From Candidatus Dojkabacteria bacterium (GTDB taxonomy: Bacteria > Patescibacteriota > Dojkabacteria > JAOAGR01), in NCBI GenBank assembly GCA_025999155.1, contig AP026679.1:163996-227995 (forward strand): 64,000 bases of DNA, in the 5' to 3' direction. The position numbers were made by a program, and so were the translations under genes. Numbering within the stretch: the stretch's first letter is position 1; each line of letters starts with the position of its first letter. Positions 50,893 to 61,275 of the stretch are shown one piece after another. The notes beneath the pieces are model-generated. The model saw nothing but the letters and a program-made list of their open reading frames with translations. It was not told where the DNA came from and ran no database searches.

Positions 50893-53800
50893 CTAGCTTT
50901 TCTTACGCCCAAACATACTTTGAATCTTAATAGATCCTTGATCATCAAGTGAGATAGTAATTATCATATCTATACCGGACTCGCGAGTATATGGATTTCG
51001 TATCACAAGATCTCCGTCGTTGATACCCTGACTATTTGCAGGATTCGTCCAAATAGACACAAATTTTGTTCTATCTATCCCGTCTCCGTAAGTCTTTAAT
51101 TTATTGTAAGATTGGTAGGTATTCTCACCTGTATGTGTCCAATGGGCGATGTGACCATAGTACCCAGTACCATCTCCAACTGATGAACTTGGCACAGACA
51201 TACCTTGAATTGTATTCCTATCAGTAAATCGATAGACCCCAAGTTTTGTGCCATCACTACCTCTGACTTCTTCCGCTGCCATACGGATACCGGTAGCAAG
51301 ATCACACCAGCCGCCACCTATTACAGTCGATCCATCACGTTTGAATTTCTGGCCTTTATTCCATGGTACTTGAATATTTTGCAACTGTGCCCATAACTTG
51401 TTTACATCATTTGCCGTAGGGTTACCTATTGTATCATTAAACGAAAATTCACCACCAGGAGGAATTACATGTACTCCCTCTAACTTACCATTATTCATCA
51501 TTCTCAGTGCCATATACACGTTGCCAGCAGCTTCACCAGAACCCCATTTAGATAATCCTAGACGCACTTCTCCTACCTTATCAGTAAAACTCATGTCGTA
51601 TTGATCCAACACTGCGGCAATGTTTTTATTGAGAGATTGCTTATCGGTATCAGCAATCAATGAATTAGGATAGCACCGGTTATTGTCCGCCCTCAGCCTT
51701 GGGTCAATTCTCAAGAGAGTCCTCTGAATATTTGGTCTCGTCACCGTGGCCGGTCCCCATACCTCCGGTAGGTAGGATTCTCCACTTGGTGTTGCCGGTC
51801 TTCGTGTGCCTACGGCAGGTAAGATACCAGCACAGTACCTATCTTGTCCATCCCTCCTCACCAGACCTCGGTTACACTGATTATCATTATTGATACGTCT
51901 ATCAATAGGAGTATATTTCTGCATCACATACGAGAATATAGTTCCAGCTTTACACGTACCACCACCTCGCATTGTATTAGTTAAAAAGGGCTTACCAACA
52001 CGATCACTTGGCCCGCGTAATATTCTTTTCTCAGGAGACAGCCGTTTTGCCTCGTTATACAAACGAGTAAGGGAATTGACCGCACATTTTACTTGATTCT
52101 CAAATGTATACCAGTTTATACAATAGTCTGTATTAGCACCCGTCGTTTTGCAATAGCTGGATTCGTTTAAAAAACAACCGAAAGCTGGATTTCTCGGTGA
52201 TTCTACGATCGATGCCGACGACTCTGCAACCCAGATAGCTGCCACAAAAGCACAAGAGACTTGTGACATACTAGCTATTGCACACATTTTGTCTATGTAA
52301 GACCTTTTATTGTTACCATCACGTATAAACTCAGCAATCTTGTTTTTCAAATCTTTATTGTTTGTATCTGTTGTAAATTCACTACCACCAACAAACTGTA
52401 CTTCATCTGGAATACACCATGTCTCCTCACAGTATTCTCCGCTGTTATTACTAGAGAATACCCCAGAATTTACAGGCGAAGAAGCGCCCGGACTATTTGA
52501 GCCTGACGAACTACTGGATGCTCCAGGAGAACTTGACGAAATATTGCGATCCTGCAGTTCAAGCACGTTCATAGAGATTGGTTCAAGGCCATAAATCTGA
52601 TAAAACAAATCTACACTGGATGTGCGCTGTGAATATTCTCTTAGACATTCTATTTTCTCAAGCTTTTTTGTGCGATTGAAACCTCGGAAAGTCGTAGAAA
52701 TATTTGATCCGAGCGAATTGAAAAGAAGTTTTTCTTTATATCCCCCAACAGTCGGCTCCACATCGACACCAATTTGTAATCCCCCATTAGAGGCATTGAA
52801 ATATCTTATTGGCTGTGCATCTGTATCCCCAGGGATATATACATTAGAGACTTCCGTACTATCCTCCCCCCCAACACGGCTATATACCCCAGTCATCGAA
52901 TATAAATAATCCCAAGACTCCAACAAGGTTTTTCCTAAACCAGAATGCGTATACCTTGCTCGAATATCATTATAAGAAGTAAACTCAAAATCTTGTACAA
53001 TAGGAGGTCCCAATTTATTCAATCTTGGGGCACCACAAACTCCAGATCCATTGTAGTCCGAACAATCTGTCATAAATTGACTCGTATCAAAACGTAATTG
53101 AATAGAAGCAAGACAGTTATTATCACATCGTATTCCACCGATATCAATTCTCGAAAGCTGGTTTGCTATATTTTTATCGAGGATAGACTCGCGCGTGAGT
53201 ACACGAAGATAATCCCCTGATTGTCCTAAAAATATATGAAAATCACCACGATTATCTACCCTAATTGCAGAAATATTCTCGTAGTTACTAGTATCAGGAT
53301 CCGCCGATGGCTTAAAACCAAAGATATAAGGTCTTAGATTCTTAACTGTCCCAGTAGGATCTACCGGAAACATAATACCCTTACCTGGAACCACCGCCGA
53401 CATAAAGATAGTACCAGACGGAGCTTCCACGATTTCTAATTTCGCAATGAAACCTCTACTGGAAAAATAATCACAATAGTTTCTATACGACTCACACAAA
53501 TTACTCGTCAGCCTTGTGCGTCCATCTTCTGGATTACGCGTCACATTTTTAATTTTGCCTAATGAATCTTTTTCTATACCTACACCACTGAAGGGGTTCA
53601 ATAGGTAGGCACCTATATTTTTAAAATTATCCCTTATATAGCTGACTGCAAGTGAACCATTCTGCAACTGAAAACCATCGATTGCGGCATCCTTGCCTCG
53701 GTCATCTAGTAAATAATAAGAATCACTAATAATAGATTTCGATAAGTCATTCTCATCCGTGATGTATATGTAACGATACTGCGGTGTCACAATCTCTCCC

Positions 53801-56070
53801 TGTCCCCCAAACTTATTAAACACTATCGTGACAGCATCTAGACCATCCTGTTTTGCCAGAGCAGATGCATATACTAAGACAAATCTCTCCTCCAGCACAT
53901 TGACACAGTATTTACGTTGTGTTCTATTCTTATCTAACCTATCCTTAAGAAATTGTGATGGTAATTTACACAGGTACCAAATCAAGAAATCTTTACTTTT
54001 ATTTTGCGTGAGAATCAATACATATTTTGGCCTTCTCGAATCTGCATCGTTTAGTACATGCAACCTAAAGTTACGATACTCATATAAATATCTATCCCTT
54101 AGCTCTTCTTGCAATATCTTGGTCAGAGGATAGGCTTCATATCCATGCCATATGACTAGTTCCTCTCTCGTACCTGATCTCCCCCCCCTCACATTATCAC
54201 CAGTTATATACACAGGTTCGCCATTTACGGTAGGTATATTAGTTTGTACGAGTTCGCCACCAAAATACGCGATCTCTTTCTTATCACAAGTAAATGACTC
54301 TCTTGGCAAACTGAAAAGATCTCTATCGGAGGGGCGAGAACTAAAATACTTTAGTTGTTGGGTCATAGCCCACGAAAAATTACTTAATACACCTCCAAGA
54401 ATACAGTATTGATTTACAACATCCGCAGATAGGACTCTACCCTGTGAATCTCTAATCGAGGATGAGGCTCCTCCAGCTGTCCCTACATGGTATATGTATG
54501 GTACGCCAGCCTTCAAATTCAATGATATATTCAACTTGGCACACAAATTATTTGATAAATAATTAAGGTAGGGGCCCTTCAAGGTTGGATTGATAGTATT
54601 TAGGTAACTGTTTTGGAAATATGCACCAAGCCCTACGGGAAAAGTGTAATCCATAAGACCAAAATACAGATCATCTTCTTCTACAGTAAACTCATCGCAA
54701 CCAGCACCTGGATCATCCGCTAATTTTAAGGCACACCCTCGTGCAATACCATCATTTACATGCTTGGATATGCCATCGATGCATCGCTTTGTCTTCGAGC
54801 TAAGACCCTCATAATTTTCCCACTTTATATATTGGGGATCAACAGTTTTACCATCCCGTAAATATTTTTTTGCAGGCTTCGGAATGGGATTCGGGTAATC
54901 CCTTAAATACGAGAAAAGACCAGGATGAAAACTAAAAGCATCACATAAAGAGTACTTGACTGAATAGGACGAGGTTTCTTGAATAGTTCTAATTGGCACA
55001 TGGGCTGCTAATTTTTCCTGCTTTGGAACACCAATAGTGCCTGATCCGGTAATGAAATTAAAAATGCCTTCTGTCAATATTTGTGTAAAAGACTTGTTTT
55101 GTTGTTGATCATCTGGCTTATTTGTAAAGGGGTCATAGATCTCACCTGCGCCAAGAGTTTCACTGGGAGTAATATTGAAGATCTTTTCAAGAAAATTTTT
55201 TCTTAACACATTTGGTTGTTTATAAGCGACAACCGTATCAGACCTTAGTACAGGGTTCAGATCATTAGCAAAAAGTCCCTCACTTACATTTACTCCTGTG
55301 GATTCTATGCTAGCTTTGAGCACCAAAATTCTTCCTTCAGATGGGGTAACCTTGACGATCTGCTGCAACTCATCGCCTCCCCACATTCGGACTACGCCAA
55401 CAGCACTTCTCGATTGATCCACTGCGCCACTATCAACGAGAACTTTTCCTAACTGGTAATCTATATTAACGAGCAAATCTAATAATTTTGTAAAAATATT
55501 ACCTTGATCCTCAGTCTTGGTCTCATCTTTCCTATACTTTATTTCTCGTTCTCCTAGCCTAATACTAGTAGAGATAGTATCGGTATACAGCGCATACATT
55601 GTGACATTAAAAAAGCAATTTTCCTGATTTAACTTGTTATCTAAGGGCGAACCCCTTTCGACGCATTGAAATCCGAGCGGAGCGCTGGTTCTTTGTATCG
55701 CGGGAAATACAATCTCACCAGGCATTAGGAGTATCGAAGCATCAGGGTTAAAAGAAAACTCCACGGGAATAGGTATAGCGCTATATGGCCCCTTTCCGGG
55801 AGTAAATAGTTCCGCACGAGACCTATCGATACCATCAGTAAAACCATCACTTAAGAAATGAACAGTAAATGACGGGATATCAAATGTTACTTTAGCCTCC
55901 CTATTAATTACACGAAACTGACTGCCAGATGAATTAGTAGCAGAGTCGGGTGTATTCTGCGAATAAACACTTATATCACCTTTTTTGGAATACAACATAA
56001 AGGCTACCAACACTATAAAGATTACCAGCAAAAGATTATTCAACCGATAAAAGAAACCAGGACCCTCCAT
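50893..56070 (-). CDS. giant secreted or surface protein (1725 aa) with an SLT-like stretch and a C-terminal VanW-like domain
   Basis: N-terminal signal anchor LLLVIFIVLVAFMLY and a long beta-rich body. A Ser-rich linker (SSSSPGASSSSSGSNSPGASSP) is followed by AIWVAESSASIVESPRNPAFGCF, which looks like a lytic transglycosylase or lysozyme catalytic stretch. Then VIPPGGEFSFNDTIG...GGGWCDLATGI, which resembles the VanW family signature (PGetFSFN...GGGvCQvSTT). Confidence 0.6.
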   Translation of the reverse strand: MEGPGFFYRLNNLLLVIFIVLVAFMLYSKKGDISVYSQNTPDSATNSSGSQFRVINREAKVTFDIPSFTVHFLSDGFTDGIDRSRAELFTPGKGPYSAIPIPVEFSFNPDASILLMPGEIVFPAIQRTSAPLGFQCVERGSPLDNKLNQENCFFNVTMYALYTDTISTSIRLGEREIKYRKDETKTEDQGNIFTKLLDLLVNIDYQLGKVLVDSGAVDQSRSAVGVVRMWGGDELQQIVKVTPSEGRILVLKASIESTGVNVSEGLFANDLNPVLRSDTVVAYKQPNVLRKNFLEKIFNITPSETLGAGEIYDPFTNKPDDQQQNKSFTQILTEGIFNFITGSGTIGVPKQEKLAAHVPIRTIQETSSYSVKYSLCDAFSFHPGLFSYLRDYPNPIPKPAKKYLRDGKTVDPQYIKWENYEGLSSKTKRCIDGISKHVNDGIARGCALKLADDPGAGCDEFTVEEDDLYFGLMDYTFPVGLGAYFQNSYLNTINPTLKGPYLNYLSNNLCAKLNISLNLKAGVPYIYHVGTAGGASSSIRDSQGRVLSADVVNQYCILGGVLSNFSWAMTQQLKYFSSRPSDRDLFSLPRESFTCDKKEIAYFGGELVQTNIPTVNGEPVYITGDNVRGGRSGTREELVIWHGYEAYPLTKILQEELRDRYLYEYRNFRLHVLNDADSRRPKYVLILTQNKSKDFLIWYLCKLPSQFLKDRLDKNRTQRKYCVNVLEERFVLVYASALAKQDGLDAVTIVFNKFGGQGEIVTPQYRYIYITDENDLSKSIISDSYYLLDDRGKDAAIDGFQLQNGSLAVSYIRDNFKNIGAYLLNPFSGVGIEKDSLGKIKNVTRNPEDGRTRLTSNLCESYRNYCDYFSSRGFIAKLEIVEAPSGTIFMSAVVPGKGIMFPVDPTGTVKNLRPYIFGFKPSADPDTSNYENISAIRVDNRGDFHIFLGQSGDYLRVLTRESILDKNIANQLSRIDIGGIRCDNNCLASIQLRFDTSQFMTDCSDYNGSGVCGAPRLNKLGPPIVQDFEFTSYNDIRARYTHSGLGKTLLESWDYLYSMTGVYSRVGGEDSTEVSNVYIPGDTDAQPIRYFNASNGGLQIGVDVEPTVGGYKEKLLFNSLGSNISTTFRGFNRTKKLEKIECLREYSQRTSSVDLFYQIYGLEPISMNVLELQDRNISSSSPGASSSSSGSNSPGASSPVNSGVFSSNNSGEYCEETWCIPDEVQFVGGSEFTTDTNNKDLKNKIAEFIRDGNNKRSYIDKMCAIASMSQVSCAFVAAIWVAESSASIVESPRNPAFGCFLNESSYCKTTGANTDYCINWYTFENQVKCAVNSLTRLYNEAKRLSPEKRILRGPSDRVGKPFLTNTMRGGGTCKAGTIFSYVMQKYTPIDRRINNDNQCNRGLVRRDGQDRYCAGILPAVGTRRPATPSGESYLPEVWGPATVTRPNIQRTLLRIDPRLRADNNRCYPNSLIADTDKQSLNKNIAAVLDQYDMSFTDKVGEVRLGLSKWGSGEAAGNVYMALRMMNNGKLEGVHVIPPGGEFSFNDTIGNPTANDVNKLWAQLQNIQVPWNKGQKFKRDGSTVIGGGWCDLATGIRMAAEEVRGSDGTKLGVYRFTDRNTIQGMSVPSSSVGDGTGYYGHIAHWTHTGENTYQSYNKLKTYGDGIDRTKFVSIWTNPANSQGINDGDLVIRNPYTRESGIDMIITISLDDQGSIKIQSMFGRKKS

Positions 56071-56239
56071 TGTTACACCTCGATTATAAGGTCTAAAGTA
56101 AATTTATCCAAGACCGAATGTCATTTCAATATAAAATCAGGATGACATTAAACAAAAATAAATGTTTTGACATAAACTCACAACGAAATCGTGTTATGAT
56201 ATTTGTAATCATACATAATAACAAATAAGTCCCGCAAAC

Positions 56240-56464
56240 TTATTTAAACAATTTTGATATAACAATTAAAATAACAGATAACACTATACTAATCAATAAA
56301 GAAGTAGTAAGCGGTATATACAAAGTAAAATAATCGTTTCTAATAAGTATATCTCCCGGTAAAGCTCCTATTTTGATAGGCAACCTATCTACATAAAGAA
56401 ATATAAAACCCAAGATCACAATGATTAAACCGACAAAGACAAATATTTTTCCAATATTTTCCAT
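56240..56464 (-). CDS. small membrane protein (DUF2905-like)
   Basis: 74 aa with two TM helices and a central PIKIGALPGDILI motif, as seen in small DUF2905-type proteins. Confidence 0.4.
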   Translation of the reverse strand: MENIGKIFVFVGLIIVILGFIFLYVDRLPIKIGALPGDILIRNDYFTLYIPLTTSLLISIVLSVILIVISKLFK

Positions 56465-56630
56465 ACAATCGAATTCACTCCTGAATGACTAACATGGAAG
56501 ATTGTCTTCATACATTACAAAAATAATAGGATATGGACAAGTCCCTCGTACGGATAGCAAATAGAGAAGAGATGACTAAAAAACAAAAACAAATTGTTCT
56601 AAGTAAAATCATTTATACATGCATACTTCA

Positions 56631-58577
<1,947 letters not shown>

Positions 58578-58679
58578 TTACAGCTTTTTGAGAATATATG
58601 CACATCAGAGAGCAAAGACAATTAGGATTGAGTCAGAAATTCTATGACGAGATGGATCACAGATTATCAACACGGGCCG

Positions 58680-59564
58680 TTAATCTTGTCCAAATTCTTT
58701 TATCAAATTAGAATTAATCTCAGGGGAATCGACTGTCATGAAAGTGAGCAACTCTGGTTCATCTGTCCGCAGCGTTTTCACATCGGACCGACTTTCCTGT
58801 GGTTTTACAAACAATACAAATGACTCTAAGTTCAAATCAACATCTACCTGTGTATTACCACTATAGTCTGGACTTTCTCTATATGAAGCACTAACAACAT
58901 TCACTAAAGGCTCGAATTTTTGCAGTGCATCGACAAACTCTATAAAATTAGTTTTTGTACCTTTTATCCTAATACTCACAATCAATACTCTTGCTTCTAC
59001 ATTTTTATTTTGTAAGAAAGTAGGAGAAAACTTGATTTCTCCAGAATTTAAGGAATCAATAAACTCCTCATAATTAACATCGGCTCCTAGACTGCCAAGT
59101 CTGTTTATAGTTTCTCGCTCATCCTGAATATTGAAACTCACTTGTTGCTCTAGAGAATAACCTTTGGCTGCTTGGTCAATTTTATCTATTAGAGAAGCTA
59201 AGCGACTATCGCTAGGTATAATTTTTAGAAGACGATTCTCATATTTTTGTATATCCTGCTCCCGACGCGCCAATTCTTGAAGATTTGCACTGGTTTGTTT
59301 GAGATTATTATAATTAGTATCTAGTATTGCTATTCGATCTCGATAATCAAAATACTTAATTACAGTAGGGTAAACAAATACTATTACTACTACGAAAACA
59401 TAAGTTACAACTAAGAGTGGGTAACCAAAAAATATAACCTTATTTTTTTTCAGCCGCTCCTGAATAATCAAAATCTCACTGCCCTGTGACGCTGCACTGT
59501 CATCTTTATAAACATCACTCGACTGTAATACGTTCATACTTTGTGGGTCGTTCTGATCAGACAT
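58680..59564 (-). CDS. type IV pilus assembly protein PilO-like
   Basis: 294 aa. N-terminal TM helix, a coiled-coil segment and a C-terminal domain. Its position directly after a pilN-like gene, with an 8-nt overlap, is the main evidence. Confidence 0.45.
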   Translation of the reverse strand: MSDQNDPQSMNVLQSSDVYKDDSAASQGSEILIIQERLKKNKVIFFGYPLLVVTYVFVVVIVFVYPTVIKYFDYRDRIAILDTNYNNLKQTSANLQELARREQDIQKYENRLLKIIPSDSRLASLIDKIDQAAKGYSLEQQVSFNIQDERETINRLGSLGADVNYEEFIDSLNSGEIKFSPTFLQNKNVEARVLIVSIRIKGTKTNFIEFVDALQKFEPLVNVVSASYRESPDYSGNTQVDVDLNLESFVLFVKPQESRSDVKTLRTDEPELLTFMTVDSPEINSNLIKEFGQD

Positions 59565-60147
59565 CTTTTAAGCTCAGTTCTAACTGAATTTCCGCTGCTG
59601 ATCTATTATCAATAATAGTAAACAGCACAGATTTCACTCTAAAATTTTCAAAAGCAGTACTATTTCTGAGACTATGAAACAAATCAGTCACACCATCATA
59701 AGCATTATCAGGAATGATTAACTCAACTAAGAACGAATCCTTTCCATAATTTAGATCGATTCTTTTAATCTGCATGCCTGACGATAAAGACTGAATATCA
59801 TTTATAACTTGCGCAATATTAACATTTTTATCACGAATATTCTCATATAAAGCATATCTATCGTTTAAAATACTTACTCTCGATTTAAGCGATTCTCCCT
59901 CCGCGGTATAAACATACTTATTAGCATAATTCAAAATTTCCGTCTTTCGTGCTTCCAAGTCTGTATCTAGGTACATGCCCAATAAATAAGCAGATACTCC
60001 CAAAGTTGTAAATAGTATCACAACAAACAGATTCAATAGCTTGTACCAGTTTATTGCCTGCTTTACCTCTTGTCTTACAATAATATCTCTTCTTAGAAGA
60101 TTAAAAGATCTGCTATTTTTTGACAAATTTTCCCTGTTCTGTTCCAT
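59557..60147 (-). CDS. pilN: type IV pilus assembly protein PilN
   Basis: 196 aa. The short cytoplasmic N-terminus carries FNLLRRD, which resembles the conserved INLLP PilM-binding motif. One TM helix. Lies 1 nt downstream of pilM. Confidence 0.55.
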   Translation of the reverse strand: MEQNRENLSKNSRSFNLLRRDIIVRQEVKQAINWYKLLNLFVVILFTTLGVSAYLLGMYLDTDLEARKTEILNYANKYVYTAEGESLKSRVSILNDRYALYENIRDKNVNIAQVINDIQSLSSGMQIKRIDLNYGKDSFLVELIIPDNAYDGVTDLFHSLRNSTAFENFRVKSVLFTIIDNRSAAEIQLELSLKDV

Positions 60148-60148
60148 T

Positions 60149-61246
60149 TTATATATCAGTTTTTTTTGCTAGCCCTATAGAGACTGAGTATGTTGAAGCA
60201 TTTCTTCTCAAAAAAGCTAAATCACGTTCCGCAACTCTAATCGTTGCCCAGGGATTAGCAATCTCGATGTCAACATTCAACTTATCATGCATATAAGGTA
60301 CAAGACCAGGCATATTGGCAGCATCCCCGACAATAAAGACTTTATTGGGGGCTATCTGCATAAATTCCCTACGGAAATATTCAATAATCTTGCGAATATC
60401 ACCCATAATCATATCCATCACCGGAACTATAGCATTCGCAAGCTTTCCATTGAAATTACTTGGATCAATCCCATATGTTTTTTTGTACTCCTCCGCTTTG
60501 ACAAAATCCATAGAGAAAGTCTGCGCAATAGCTTTGGTCACACTATCTGATCCATAAGGGATAGAATCCGAATATATTAGCTTGCCATTTAATCCAACAC
60601 TTACATCAGTACTCCCAGAACCAAAGTCTACTATCATATAACTATACGGAGAGTCAGCAAAAGAACCAGTAAGAGAACGGACTGTAGCAATAGCTTCGGT
60701 TTCTGCAGCTATAGGTTCAAACCCAGCAAGTTCTAATACTTTCAAATACTTGTCCAAAACGGACACTTTGACAGCTATACCTAACACATCTGCTACTTTC
60801 ACAGGATCTTCATACCTTACTCCAATAACACTTTTGTCGACTCGTATATCGTCGAGTTGGGAGTTGAGCCATTTTTTCATTTCAAACAACACAGCGGTAT
60901 CTAGACTATGCTCGTCTACATAAGGTATACGTACAAGCAAGCGTCTATAAACATGACTCTCGGGCACAGCAAAAACGACACGATTAATACCATTCAAGCT
61001 AGACGATTGAATGATCTCTTTAATTGATTTTGCGAGTAAATGTAAAGCTTCTTCGTTATCTGAATTAAACAGACCAACGGGTGTCGATCCGTACGCATAC
61101 CCAACAAGTCTAGGGCTATTTGTATCCGTGTCTGCTAGACTTATTGCTTTGATTGAGTGATTTCCTATATCTATCCCAAAAAATCTTGGCAGTCCCATGG
61201 TCGCACACTCCAGAATAGAAAAATATAATATCCAAGTCAATATCAA
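60149..61246 (-). CDS. pilM: type IV pilus assembly ATPase-like protein PilM (actin-like)
   Basis: Begins at an internal Met with MGLPRFFGIDIGNHSIKAISL, an actin/FtsA-like phosphate-1 motif typical of PilM. About 350 aa. The ORF-track start may be 16 codons too long. Confidence 0.7.
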   Translation of the reverse strand: MILTWILYFSILECATMGLPRFFGIDIGNHSIKAISLADTDTNSPRLVGYAYGSTPVGLFNSDNEEALHLLAKSIKEIIQSSSLNGINRVVFAVPESHVYRRLLVRIPYVDEHSLDTAVLFEMKKWLNSQLDDIRVDKSVIGVRYEDPVKVADVLGIAVKVSVLDKYLKVLELAGFEPIAAETEAIATVRSLTGSFADSPYSYMIVDFGSGSTDVSVGLNGKLIYSDSIPYGSDSVTKAIAQTFSMDFVKAEEYKKTYGIDPSNFNGKLANAIVPVMDMIMGDIRKIIEYFRREFMQIAPNKVFIVGDAANMPGLVPYMHDKLNVDIEIANPWATIRVAERDLAFLRRNASTYSVSIGLAKKTDI

Positions 61247-61275
61247 TCAATACACACTACTTATCCATCCCAGAC

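Noticed and set aside
51096-54412. A series of 60-100-aa plus-strand ORFs inside the giant minus-strand gene.
   Set aside because: They are antisense to a well-supported long CDS in a locally GC-richer region. This is the typical spurious shadow-ORF pattern.
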